From assembly GCA_900550365.1 (NCBI GenBank), contig URRR01000005.1, forward strand, positions 40,319-104,318: a DNA stretch of 64,000 nt, given 5' to 3'. This stretch comes from an uncultured Prevotella sp. GTDB taxonomy: Bacteria > Bacteroidota > Bacteroidia > Bacteroidales > Bacteroidaceae. Under the pieces are notes generated by a model. That model did not search any database, was not told the origin of the DNA, and was given only the letters and a program-made list of their open reading frames with translations. This document shows, piece by piece, positions 27,707 through 37,559 of this stretch (its first letter is position 1; every line of letters starts with the position of its first letter). The translations under genes and the position numbers were made by a program.

Positions 27707-29059
27707 ATGACCTCAATACTTCTATTTTTGGCCGGCGCGCTGGTATCAGCCGTTATACTGATGCTCGTCAATCAGAAGAAAAGCAGACAACTGACCGACC
27801 GCATAACATCGCTTGCGGGCGACCTTGCAGCCCGTCAACGCGAGGCTGAGATGCTGGCAAAACAGCTCGACGACGCACGCAAGGAACACGAACAGAGATT
27901 AGACGAGGCCAGACGGCAGTATGCCGGACAACTGGCTGAGGTAAACGAGCGCAACGAACGCGAGAAGGCAGAGCGCACGGCGATGCTCGACAAGCAGTTT
28001 GCCGAGCGCCTGAAGTTAGTGCAGGAGCAGCTAAACACCACCACCGAAAAACTGCTGAGACAACGCTCTGAAGAGCTTGACAAGACCAACCAGAGCCAGA
28101 TGGGCGCCATAATAGCTCCGCTGAAAGCCGTAATGGCCGAAATGAAGAAGTCAATGGACGATAACAAAGAGTCGTTCACACGCACCACGGCCACGCTGGG
28201 CGAGCAGCTACGGCAGATGCATGCCACGACAGAGAACCTCGGAGCCGAGGCTGAGAAGCTGTCGAAAGCCTTGCAGACAGGGCCCAAGGTGCAGGGCGAT
28301 TTCGGCGAAATGAAGCTCAACGACCTGCTCGACAAGTTCGGATTCACCAAAGGCGTTGAGTATGACGTCCAGTACACGATGCGCGACGCCAAGGGTAACG
28401 TAATCAGAAACGACGACACCAACGACATGATGCGCCCCGACGTGGTGCTGCATTACCCTGACCATAAGGACGTGATAATAGACTCAAAGGCGTCACTGAC
28501 GGCCTTCATCGGCTACGTCAACGCCGGTACTGACGATGAGCGCAGGCTGTTTCTTGACGAGCACGTCAAGAGTGTGCGCCGGCATATTGACGAGCTGGCC
28601 GCCAAAAGCTACAGCAAGTACTCGATGGAGGGCGGCACCACGCTCGACTTTGTCATCATGTTCGTGCCCCAGGAGGCAGCCGTGCAACTGGCAATATCGG
28701 CTGACGCGGGGCTGTGGAACTATGCCTTTGAGCGTAACGTCATCATTACGGGCGAGCAGAACCTCTTCGCCCTGCTGCGCCTTCTGCAGATAGCATGGAC
28801 CCAGCAGCGGCAGGCCGAGAACCAGGAGCAGGTGTTCGGCCTGGCAAACACCCTGGTTGAGCGCGTAGGTCTGTTCATTGAGCGCTTTGAGAAGATAGGC
28901 AAGAACGTCGAAGCCGTGCAGAAGTCGTATGAGGAGGCACGCAAGTCGCTCAGCGGTAACCAGAGCTTCCTCAGCTCGGCGCGCCGCCTCGTGAAGATGG
29001 GAGCGAAAGAGAATCCGAGACGGCGGCTGCCCGATGACGACACCGACAACGACGAATGA
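27707..29059 (+). CDS. rmuC: DNA recombination protein RmuC
   Basis: N-terminal TM and coiled coil; KVQGDFGE, RPDVV, IIDSKASL and DFVIMFVP. Confidence 0.93.
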   Translation: MTSILLFLAGALVSAVILMLVNQKKSRQLTDRITSLAGDLAARQREAEMLAKQLDDARKEHEQRLDEARRQYAGQLAEVNERNEREKAERTAMLDKQFAERLKLVQEQLNTTTEKLLRQRSEELDKTNQSQMGAIIAPLKAVMAEMKKSMDDNKESFTRTTATLGEQLRQMHATTENLGAEAEKLSKALQTGPKVQGDFGEMKLNDLLDKFGFTKGVEYDVQYTMRDAKGNVIRNDDTNDMMRPDVVLHYPDHKDVIIDSKASLTAFIGYVNAGTDDERRLFLDEHVKSVRRHIDELAAKSYSKYSMEGGTTLDFVIMFVPQEAAVQLAISADAGLWNYAFERNVIITGEQNLFALLRLLQIAWTQQRQAENQEQVFGLANTLVERVGLFIERFEKIGKNVEAVQKSYEEARKSLSGNQSFLSSARRLVKMGAKENPRRRLPDDDTDNDE

Positions 29060-29132
29060 CACAGCCCCCGGACAACGGCCGGCAGGCATATCAGGCCTCC
29101 ATACATATTTATATATAGCTGCACGGGCACTC

Positions 29133-29191
29133 ATTGTAACCACATTGTAACACGAGTGTAACACGTATGAATACCAATATAAGTATTTTTG
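29133..29191 (+). promoter_or_regulatory. three 11-bp direct repeats (OmpR/PhoB-type box) plus -7 element
   Basis: attgtaaccac attgtaacacg agtgtaacacg (29133-29165); TATTTTTG at 29184-29191. Confidence 0.7.
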
Positions 29192-29218
29192 CAGCAAGTA
29201 TTATAAAATAAAAGATTT

Positions 29219-29908
29219 ATGGATAATAAATATCGGATTCTTGTTGTTGACGATGAACAAGACTTATGCGAGATCCTTAAGTTCAATCTTGAGACCGACG
29301 GCTATGTAGTAGAGACGGCCAATTCGGCTGAAGATGCCCTGAAGATGAACATCGAGAGCTTCGACCTGCTGCTGCTTGACGTGATGATGGGCGGCATGTC
29401 AGGGTTTGCGCTGGCCAAACAGCTCAAGGCCGACCCTGCCACAAAGGACATACCGATAATATTTCTCACGGCCCGTGACACAGAGAACGACACCGTGACG
29501 GGCTTCAACCTCGGTGCCGACGACTACATATCAAAGCCTTTCTCGATAAGGGAAGTGCTCGTAAGGATACGCGCCGTGCTGCGCCGCACCGCCGAGAAGG
29601 ACGGCGCACAGCAGTCGAACGTGCTGCGCTACCAGGGCCTGGAGCTTAATCTCGACAAGAAGACGGTAAGCATCGACGGCGAGGACGTGCCCTTCACGAA
29701 GACCGAGTTTGAGATACTTCACCTGCTGCTCGACGAGAAAGGCCGCGTATTCTCACGCCAGGAGCTTATCGACCGCATATGGCCGAAAGACGTGCTCGTG
29801 CTCGACCGCACCGTAGACGTCAACATAACGCGCCTCCGCAAGAAGATAGGCAAGTTCTCAAAGTGCATCGTAACGCGTCTCGGTTTCGGCTACTACTTCG
29901 ACGCCTGA
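29219..29908 (+). CDS. OmpR/PhoB family response regulator
   Basis: VVDDE, LLDVMM, FLTA, GADDYISKPF; winged helix RTVDVNITRLRKK..TRLGFGY. Confidence 0.95.
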   Translation: MDNKYRILVVDDEQDLCEILKFNLETDGYVVETANSAEDALKMNIESFDLLLLDVMMGGMSGFALAKQLKADPATKDIPIIFLTARDTENDTVTGFNLGADDYISKPFSIREVLVRIRAVLRRTAEKDGAQQSNVLRYQGLELNLDKKTVSIDGEDVPFTKTEFEILHLLLDEKGRVFSRQELIDRIWPKDVLVLDRTVDVNITRLRKKIGKFSKCIVTRLGFGYYFDA

Positions 29909-29942
29909 CCGTCAATAACACATAAAAACACCGTAAGAAGAA

Positions 29943-31352
29943 ATGTTCAGAACATCAGTCGGCACACGCCTTTATGCCGGAGTACTGTCGGTTTTCATAG
30001 TTTTTGCGGCGGCTTTCATCATCTTCCAGCATGCCCGTGAGCGCGAATACAAGATTAATTCGCTCAACACGAGGCTGCAGGACTATAACTCAAGGATGAT
30101 GGAAACCCTTGAATACACGGGTGACCACTCTGAGGCTGCAATCGACCGGTACGTGCACAACCACCAGATACGTGGCCTGCGCGTCACCCTGATACAGCGT
30201 GACGGCACCGTAGTGTACGACAATATGTTCAAGGACTACCGCCGGATGGACAACCACAAGAACCGCGAGGAGGTGCGCGAGGCCTTCGCCGACGGCAGCG
30301 GATACGACTTCAGCCGCGTCAGCACGGCGTTGCATCAGGACTATTTCTACTCCGCCACGTATGTGCCTGAGCTTAACCTGGTTGTGCGCAGCGCCCTGCC
30401 TTACGACAACAGCCTGGCCCAACTGCTCAAGGCCGACCAGCATTACCTGTGGTTTGCGCTTGTGGCCATGCTCATACTGGTGTTCATCCTTTACCGCTTC
30501 ACCAGCCGCCTGGGCGACAACATCACGCGGCTGCGGCTCTTTGCCAGCCGCGCCGACCATAACGAGAACATCGACACGGAGGACCTCGTGGGCTTTCCGG
30601 GCGACGAGCTGGGCGAGATTGCCGAGCGCATAATAAAGATATACAAGCGTCTGCAGAAGACAAAGGAGGAGCAGAACGTTCTGAAACGCCAACTGACCCA
30701 GAACATAGCGCACGAGCTGAAGACACCCGTGGCCAGCATACAGGGATATCTTGAGACGATTCTTGACAACCCAAACATAAGCGACGACATGAAGCAGCAG
30801 TTCCTGCAACGGTGCTACGCCCAGTCGCAGCGCCTCGCCTCGCTGCTGAGAGACATCTCGACGCTGAACAGACTCGACGATGCGCCCGAGATGGTTGACT
30901 TTGAAAAGGTTGACATAAGCGCAATGGTGGAAACCATCAAGCAGGACACCGCACTGCAACTGGCTGAACACAACATGACATTTGACAACAAGCTGCCGCA
31001 GGGAATAACCGTAAGGGGCAACCAGTCACTGCTGTACAGCGTGTTCCGCAACCTCACAGACAACGCCATTGCCTATGCCGGCGAAGGCACGACGATAACC
31101 CTCACGGTAGAGCCTAAGGACGAGTTCTGGAGCTTTACGTTCAGCGACAACGGCGTAGGAGTGCCCCGCGAGCATCTGCCGCGCCTGTTCGAGCGCTTCT
31201 ACAGAGTAGACAAAGGACGCAGCCGGAAGATGGGAGGCACCGGCCTTGGCCTCGCGATAGTGAAGAATGCCGTGCTGCAGCACGGGGGAACGATAGCCGT
31301 AAGCAATAATATCGACGGCGGACTGAGATTTGACTTCACGTTAAAGAAATAA
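29943..31352 (+). CDS. sensor histidine kinase (PhoR-like)
   Basis: Two TMs; H-box AHELKTP, NLTDNAI, DNGVG, FERFYRVDKGRSR and GGTGLGLAI. Confidence 0.95.
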   Translation: MFRTSVGTRLYAGVLSVFIVFAAAFIIFQHAREREYKINSLNTRLQDYNSRMMETLEYTGDHSEAAIDRYVHNHQIRGLRVTLIQRDGTVVYDNMFKDYRRMDNHKNREEVREAFADGSGYDFSRVSTALHQDYFYSATYVPELNLVVRSALPYDNSLAQLLKADQHYLWFALVAMLILVFILYRFTSRLGDNITRLRLFASRADHNENIDTEDLVGFPGDELGEIAERIIKIYKRLQKTKEEQNVLKRQLTQNIAHELKTPVASIQGYLETILDNPNISDDMKQQFLQRCYAQSQRLASLLRDISTLNRLDDAPEMVDFEKVDISAMVETIKQDTALQLAEHNMTFDNKLPQGITVRGNQSLLYSVFRNLTDNAIAYAGEGTTITLTVEPKDEFWSFTFSDNGVGVPREHLPRLFERFYRVDKGRSRKMGGTGLGLAIVKNAVLQHGGTIAVSNNIDGGLRFDFTLKK

Positions 31353-31358
31353 TATCCC

Positions 31359-31403
31359 AAGGCCGCCCGGAACGTCAGACAGACATCCGGGCGGCCTTTT
31401 TTG
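31359..31403 (+). terminator. intrinsic terminator
   Basis: aaggccgcccgga ... tccgggcggcctttttt. Confidence 0.8.
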
Positions 31404-31602
31404 TGCCCAAACGCCATATTCCAGATTGTCTTCAACATGGCAGAATAATAGTCTTTTTATCTCAAAATCATGTGAAAAACTCACAATGTCATGTTATTTT
31501 TCCAAATACTTAACTCGTTTTTAAATTTTATTTTGTTACTTTGTCGGCAATAAAAAAGTAGCATATTAATTATTCCAACTTGTTTAATTAAATACTCTAA
31601 CT

Positions 31603-31821
31603 ATGGAAATGAACAAAAACATCATCGGAGAAAATGCGGGAAAAGTGTGGCGTGCGCTGAACGGCAAGCACCTCACGTGGAACGAGCTTCTACAGGAGAC
31701 CGGGCTTGACGAAGTAGACCTGGCACTCGCCGTAGGCTGGCTGGCACGTGAGGACAAGGTGTCGTTCACGTCAGACGGCGGCACATTACACCTCGAAGTG
31801 TACCACGAGAACTATTATTAA
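31603..31821 (+). CDS. small winged helix-turn-helix protein (DUF2582-like)
   Basis: IGENAGKVWRAL and AVGWLAREDKV signature. Confidence 0.85.
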   Translation: MEMNKNIIGENAGKVWRALNGKHLTWNELLQETGLDEVDLALAVGWLAREDKVSFTSDGGTLHLEVYHENYY

Positions 31822-31923
31822 CCGCATCATCGCGCCTGCCCTGCCCTATCCTGGAAGGCGCAATCTTGGCTTACAGCCAAGTGTCTGGCAATCAAGCACT
31901 TACACAGACGCCGCAAGGCGTCA

Positions 31924-32011
31924 TGCAAAAGGCCGTCTTTTGAAGACCAAAAGACGGCCTTTTAGCGTGTAAAAGACGGCCTCTTGAAAGTCCAAAGACC
32001 GTCTTTTGGAA
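31924..32011. repeat. REP-like palindromic cluster
   Basis: Four core copies at about 22-bp spacing; near-identical inverted copy at 37247-37333. Confidence 0.9.
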
Positions 32012-32279
32012 AGAAGTTAAAGAAGTTCTTTTTATGAAGTTAAAGAAGTTAGAGAAGTTATCACGCCCTGCGGGCGTTAGAAGTTAAAGCCATTAGCTTT
32101 GCTTCAGCAGACAAGATACAAGCAGACGAGCAGACAAGGAGATTTGACTATGAGACTATAAATTTATAAAACAAGAATTAAGATGAGCTTTTCAGCAGAC
32201 AAGACACAAGCAGACAAACAGACAAAACATTTGACTTTAACTACTTCTAACTACCTTTAACTACAATAACTACTCTTTA
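32012..32279. repeat. nested composite of short-repeat families
   Basis: gaagttaaa/gaagttaga arm, two AGCAGACAAG-family copies inside, then complementary tttaactac/tctaactac arm. Confidence 0.85.
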
Positions 32280-32313
32280 ATAATAAATTAATGCTCGTTT
32301 TTCCCGCATTTAT

Positions 32314-32344
32314 TTTGCATTTAGCTCGACATGCACTATCTTTG
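32314..32344 (+). promoter_or_regulatory. Bacteroidetes sigma-A promoter
   Basis: TTTG (32314) + 19 nt + TATCTTTG (32337). Confidence 0.75.
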
Positions 32345-32371
32345 CAAAGGAAACAAGATTTGTAACCATTA

Positions 32372-33667
32372 ATGGACGAATTTATCATCATCCTGCTGTT
32401 AATCATGCTCAACGGCATATTTGCCATGTCTGAAATAGCAGTGATTCAAGCAAAGAAAACAAAATTATCCAACGACGAGAAAAAGGGGAGCAAGGGAGCC
32501 AAGGCCGCATTGCGCCTTGCCAATGACCCCGACCGATTCCTATCCACCGTGCAGATAGGCATCACACTTATAGGCATTTTGACCGGTATCTACTCCGGAG
32601 CGTCAATCTCCGGAAAGTTCTCTGACGTATTCGAGAGCTTCGGCATACCCGAACGGTGGGCCTATCCGCTGGCTCAGGCACTGATAGTAATCTTCGTAAC
32701 CTACCTTACCATTGTTTTCGGTGAGCTTGTACCGAAGCGTATCGGAATGAGCGTGGCCGAGAAAGTGTCTGAAATCATCGCCCGCCCGATGCACATCCTG
32801 TCGGTGATAGCCAAGCCGTTCGTGTGGCTTCTGGCAAAAAGCACAGAGACAATAGTCAACATCCTCGGCGTCAAGGAAGCTGAAAGCAAGGTTACGGAAG
32901 AAGACATCAAGTCGATAGTACAGGAAGGCAAGGAGGACGGCGAGGTGCAAGAGGTTGAGCAGGACATAGTTGAACGCGTGTTCATGCTGGGCGACCTGAA
33001 GGTAGACTCGCTGATGACCCACCGCTCTGAAGTGGTTACACTCGACGTAAACATGACCAAAGACGAGATAAGGAAGGTGCTGAACGACGACCTGTACGAG
33101 TCATACCCGGTAATTGACCACAGCCTGGAGAACATCGTCGGAGTGGTGTCGCTAAAGGACCTGATATTCCGTCTGGCCGACAACACCCTGAATCTGAAAG
33201 AGATAATGCGCCCCGCTGCCTACATATACGAGAACATGACGGTGTACAAAGCACTCGAACAGATGAAGGAAAAACGCCTGGCACAGGCTTTCATATGCGA
33301 CGAGTTCGGCAGCTTTCAGGGCCTGATTACCCTGCGCGACATACTTGAAGGCCTGGTAGGAACTATCGACGAGGTGAACAACGCGCCAGAGATAGTGAAG
33401 CGTGAAGGCTCGGAGAGCTGGCTCGTAGACGGCCAGTGCTCGTTCTACGACTTCCTGTCGTACTTTGACAAGGAGGACCTTTACGACAACGAACAGGACT
33501 ATAACACACTGGCCGGACTGATTATCGAGCAGTTGAAGCATATCCCGCAGGCCGGCGAGCGTACCGAATGGAACTGCTTCAAAATGGAAATCGTCGATAT
33601 GGACGGCGCGCGCATCGATAAAGTTCTGGTGACATTGAAAGACGAGAAAGAGAATACCGAGAAATAA
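32372..33667 (+). CDS. HlyC/CorC (CNNM-CBS) family membrane protein
   Basis: FAMSEIA, FLSTVQIGIT, GELVPKR, a CBS pair and C-terminal CorC domain (TLAGLI, DGARIDKV). Confidence 0.93.
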   Translation: MDEFIIILLLIMLNGIFAMSEIAVIQAKKTKLSNDEKKGSKGAKAALRLANDPDRFLSTVQIGITLIGILTGIYSGASISGKFSDVFESFGIPERWAYPLAQALIVIFVTYLTIVFGELVPKRIGMSVAEKVSEIIARPMHILSVIAKPFVWLLAKSTETIVNILGVKEAESKVTEEDIKSIVQEGKEDGEVQEVEQDIVERVFMLGDLKVDSLMTHRSEVVTLDVNMTKDEIRKVLNDDLYESYPVIDHSLENIVGVVSLKDLIFRLADNTLNLKEIMRPAAYIYENMTVYKALEQMKEKRLAQAFICDEFGSFQGLITLRDILEGLVGTIDEVNNAPEIVKREGSESWLVDGQCSFYDFLSYFDKEDLYDNEQDYNTLAGLIIEQLKHIPQAGERTEWNCFKMEIVDMDGARIDKVLVTLKDEKENTEK

Positions 33668-33683
33668 ATCATGACAAGAAATC

Positions 33684-33754
33684 AAGAGGTAAGAATTAAG
33701 AAAACAGGCCGATTTGTATATTTTGAGCTATATTTTTCTTAATTCTTACCTCTT
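33684..33754. repeat. heptamer-repeat hairpin, perfect 21-bp arms
   Basis: aagaggtaagaattaagaaaa / ttttcttaattcttacctctt. Confidence 0.88.
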
Positions 33755-33768
33755 AATCCTTAATAATT

Positions 33769-33799
33769 TTTGCCGTTTGCGCGTTTTTATCTATATTTG
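33769..33799 (+). promoter_or_regulatory. Bacteroidetes sigma-A promoter
   Basis: TTTG (33769) + 19 nt + TATATTTG (33792). Confidence 0.75.
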
Positions 33800-33833
33800 C
33801 AATGACTTAATTTAATAACTTAATCTTTACCTT

Positions 33834-34406
33834 ATGGTTGAAATCCAGACTGCCCAGAAGCATCAGGCGTTATCCATTGCACGTCTTATCATGCTCGCCA
33901 TGAACTATGATTGCTGCAGCTACTTCGCCGGTCCGGAGCATACGCTCGACGATTTCGAGCGCGTAATGACTGACCTTGTACTCGCGGACAACACCCAATA
34001 CAGCTATCTCAACACCCTTGTGGCAATCAACGACGAGGGAAAACTGTGCGGCATGTGCGTGTCTTATGACGGAGCGCGCCTTCATGAGCTGCGTGCCCAG
34101 TTTGTAAAGGCCGCAAAAGAGAACTTCGGCCGTGACTTCTCTGACATGGATGACGAGACAGGACCGGGCGAACTGTACATCGACAGCATAGCCGTATTTG
34201 AAAGCTGCCGCGGCCAGGGAGTGGCCACAGCCCTGCTCAAAGCCGCAATCGACAAGGCTAAAGACATGAACATACCTACCGTAGGACTGCTCGTTGACAA
34301 GGGTAATCCCAAGGCTGAGAAGCTGTACGGCCGCGTAGGATTCAAGTATGTGGGCGAAAACACATGGGGAGGTCACCCCATGAGACATCTGCAATACGCC
34401 ATATAA
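33834..34406 (+). CDS. GNAT family N-acetyltransferase
   Basis: LYIDSIAV..CRGQGVATALL and N..A..LY...GF motifs. Confidence 0.92.
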   Translation: MVEIQTAQKHQALSIARLIMLAMNYDCCSYFAGPEHTLDDFERVMTDLVLADNTQYSYLNTLVAINDEGKLCGMCVSYDGARLHELRAQFVKAAKENFGRDFSDMDDETGPGELYIDSIAVFESCRGQGVATALLKAAIDKAKDMNIPTVGLLVDKGNPKAEKLYGRVGFKYVGENTWGGHPMRHLQYAI

Positions 34407-34535
34407 CCAGGCCGGAATATATGGCCGTAAACGAACCGGACAGCCGATGACGGACGTCCGGCAGGTAAGCAGTTATATAAATTATGCTCTTTTACACTTT
34501 GCATTACCTTAAATAACCGTATAACCTAATAGAAT

Positions 34536-35414
34536 ATGCAAGACAGCAAGTATTTGGTCGCCAACGACCGCGACGCACAATGGGGGCTCGTCGTCAACAC
34601 CGTGGGTTATGATGAAGTAGGGCCTGAAGAGTCGTATCCCACTAAAGGACACGGTGACGGCTATTATTTTGACCCTGTACGCGGACGTATTCTTGATGAA
34701 TACCAGATGCTTTATTTAGTGGAAGGTGAAGGCGTGTTCTCGTCAAGACACGTTACTGACGTGCCGATAAAGGCCGGTGACATCTTTCTGCTGTTCCCCG
34801 GCGAATGGCATACGTATCATCCGCTGCCTGGAACGCAATGGAAAAGTTACTGGATCGGCTACAAAGGCCGCAACATGGACGACCGCCTGAAGTACAACTT
34901 CCTGTCACCGGAGAAGCCGGTTTACCACGTAGGCTTCAGCAACGACATCGTTCACCTGTATAAGTCGGCAATAAGAACGGCCAAAGAAGAGCCTGCCCAC
35001 ATGCAACAGATACTCGCCGGAATAACCAATAACCTGATAGGCTTGATGTATTCGCTCGAGCGCAACATGGAGCTTAGCCGCAAGGGAGGTTACGTGGACA
35101 TGATAAACAAGGCCCGACTGCGCATCCGCGAGGGCGTGGAATCTAAGATTACGGTGCAGGAAATAGCTGCCGAGCTGGGGTCAAGTTACTCTAACTTCCG
35201 CAAGCTGTTTAAGGAGTACACAGGCCTGTCGCCAGCTTTTTACCAGCAGGACCTGAAGCTGCAGCGCGCTAAAGAACTGCTGTCTACAACCGAAATGAGC
35301 ATAAAGGAAATAGCTTACCGGCTTAACTTTGATTCGCCTGACTACTTCTCAAGTAAATTCAAGACTAAAATAGGATGCAAACCGAGCGAATACCGCTCAA
35401 GAATGAGAAGATAA
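34536..35414 (+). CDS. AraC family regulator, probable rhamnose regulator
   Basis: Cupin LFPGEWHTY; C-terminal double HTH (FRKLFKEYTG, IKEIAYRLNF..PDYFS..FK); about 2 kb from rhaBAT. Confidence 0.88.
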   Translation: MQDSKYLVANDRDAQWGLVVNTVGYDEVGPEESYPTKGHGDGYYFDPVRGRILDEYQMLYLVEGEGVFSSRHVTDVPIKAGDIFLLFPGEWHTYHPLPGTQWKSYWIGYKGRNMDDRLKYNFLSPEKPVYHVGFSNDIVHLYKSAIRTAKEEPAHMQQILAGITNNLIGLMYSLERNMELSRKGGYVDMINKARLRIREGVESKITVQEIAAELGSSYSNFRKLFKEYTGLSPAFYQQDLKLQRAKELLSTTEMSIKEIAYRLNFDSPDYFSSKFKTKIGCKPSEYRSRMRR

Positions 35415-35419
35415 TTTAA

Positions 35420-35644
35420 TTTAGAATTAAGAGTTAAGAAGTAAGAAAAAGTAGTAAAGGAGTAAAGTAGTAAGAAGTAAAGTAATTAATAGTTAAGAGT
35501 TAAGGAGTAAGAAAAAGTAGTAAAGGAGTAAAGGAGTAAGAAGTAAAGTAATTAAGAGTTAAGAGTTAAGAAGTAAGAAAATCACCTTTTTCTTATATAA
35601 CAATGAGGGATTTTTTCTTACTTCTTAACTCTTAATTCTTAATT
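35420..35644. repeat. large short-repeat element: 2 x 66-bp tandem plus 32-bp-arm hairpin
   Basis: gtaagaaaa at 35441, 35507 and 35573; arms 35550-35581 and 35613-35644 with one mismatch. Confidence 0.9.
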
Positions 35645-35647
35645 ACC

Positions 35648-36994
35648 TTACAGCCCTATTACAGATTTTTCAACCCAATAGACAAGTATTCCGCCGATAT
35701 AACCGATGAAGGCAATCCACGAGATACGCTTCATGTACCATATGAACGTTATTTTCTCGAGACCCATCACGACCACTCCGGCTGCCGAACCGATAATCAG
35801 CATTGAGCCTCCCACACCGGCACAGTAAGCCAGAAGCTGCCAGAAAATGCCGTCCTGGGCCATGTCGCCGACCTCTGCCAGCGGGTACATACCCATACAT
35901 CCTGCCACGAGGGGCACGTTGTCGATAATGCTTGAGAGCACGCCGATGATGCCGGTGATAAGGTAATGATTGCCGTCGAACACGTCATTAAGACCGGTTC
36001 CGAGAGCGGTGAGCACACCGATTTCCTGCAGACAGGCAACAGCCATGAGTATTCCGAGGAAGAAAAGTATGGTGCTCATGTCGATGCGTGAGATAATGTT
36101 GGTAATCCTCTTTTGTGTGCTGCTGTCCTCGCTGTGTTCAGGCGCGCTGCGATAGAATATTTCCGTTGCCAGCCAAAGCACTCCGAGAACGAGCAATATG
36201 CCTACGAACGGAGGCAGATGGGTAATAGACTTGAAGATAGGAACGAAAATCAGGCCGCCCACACCTATCCAGAACACGGCCTTGCGCTGACCGTCAGTAA
36301 AGTCATTGGCTACCGTTACGGTGCCGAGGTCGGCCGTCTGATTGACGTTGCCCTTAAGAGAGAACGACAGAACGTAGGCCGGCAGGGCTATCGACACGAG
36401 TGAAGGGATAAACAGCTCCTTGATAACGCCTGCGGCAGAGATAAGGCTCTTGTTCCAGAGCATAATCGTAGTGACGTCACCTATCGGCGAGAACGCGCCT
36501 CCGGAGTTGGCCGCTATGATGATAAGCGAGGCGTAGATGAGGCGGTCCTTACGGTCATCGATAAGCTTGCGCAGAATCATCACCATGACGATGGCTGTCG
36601 TCATGTTGTCAAGAATGGCCGAGAGGAAGAAGGTCATGATCGTGATACGCCACAGCAGAGCTTTCTTACTCTTGGTCTTGAGCATGTCTCGTACGAAGTT
36701 GAAGCCGCCGTTCTGGTCTACCGTCTCGACGATAGTCATGGCGCCCATGAGGAAGAACAGCGTCGTGGCAGTGCTTCCGAGATGGCCCTCAATCACTCCG
36801 CTTGCATAAGCGGCGATGCCGTCAGCAGTAATGTCTGCGGGGAAATTGGAAGGGTCGAACATGTAGAGAGTCCAGCAGGCCACAAGCATCAGCAGGGCCA
36901 CGGCCGCCTTGTTGACCTTTGTCAAGGTCTCAAGGGCAATGCACATGTATCCGAAAATGAATACAATGACGATTGTAAGTGTTAGTGTTGACAT
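35648..36994 (-). CDS. nhaD: NhaD family Na+/H+ antiporter
   Basis: FFLMGAMTIVE, SAILDNMTT, AANSGGAFSPIGDVTT, IIDNVPLVA and GGSMLIIGSAAGV. Confidence 0.92.
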   Translation of the reverse strand: MSTLTLTIVIVFIFGYMCIALETLTKVNKAAVALLMLVACWTLYMFDPSNFPADITADGIAAYASGVIEGHLGSTATTLFFLMGAMTIVETVDQNGGFNFVRDMLKTKSKKALLWRITIMTFFLSAILDNMTTAIVMVMILRKLIDDRKDRLIYASLIIIAANSGGAFSPIGDVTTIMLWNKSLISAAGVIKELFIPSLVSIALPAYVLSFSLKGNVNQTADLGTVTVANDFTDGQRKAVFWIGVGGLIFVPIFKSITHLPPFVGILLVLGVLWLATEIFYRSAPEHSEDSSTQKRITNIISRIDMSTILFFLGILMAVACLQEIGVLTALGTGLNDVFDGNHYLITGIIGVLSSIIDNVPLVAGCMGMYPLAEVGDMAQDGIFWQLLAYCAGVGGSMLIIGSAAGVVVMGLEKITFIWYMKRISWIAFIGYIGGILVYWVEKSVIGL

Positions 36995-37246
36995 TTAGTT
37001 TGTTTTTAAGTTAAGATTGCTATTTCCAGATTGCAAAATTAATGATAATATCTGAAAATATCATTTAATTTGCAAATATTCATATTTTTTATTTGTTTTT
37101 GCAGCCGCAAACAGAGTTACAAGCAAACAGCGGCACGCCACGCTGCATACCACTGCAGGGCTGCCGGTGAAGGTTTCCACGGCAAAAGGCCTTGACCCTT
37201 AATGCCCGCCACGGCATGATAAAATCCTAAACGTAAACAGCACTTT

Positions 37247-37333
37247 TCCAAAAGACGGCAAAACGCCTTCCAAAAGGCCGTCTTTTACACGCTGAAAGGC
37301 CGTCTTTTGGTCTTCAAAAGACGGCCTTTTGCA
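37247..37333. repeat. REP-like palindromic cluster
   Basis: Reverse-complement near-copy of 31924-32011. Confidence 0.9.
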
Positions 37334-37559
37334 AAGTGCCTGATAATGAGGGATTTGGCAGACGGCCTGCAGAGGTCACAAAATCAATGTTTTTTCTCAA
37401 ATCTTATTGTCTAAAAATCATTTTACAATACAACGTTTTATAAATAATGCATACCTTTGCCAAGGGCAAGCCAGACCTTTTGAAAACGGGAAAACATGCC
37501 CGTAGCGGCCTGAAAGGCCCGGCTTACAACTCAGAATTTAATACATAAAAACATAAGCA

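Noticed and set aside
30090..30971. 293-aa minus-strand ORF, and similar long antisense ORFs over cls, rhaA, rmuC and ino1
   Set aside because: Shadows of well-supported genes caused by codon bias; no recognisable motifs.
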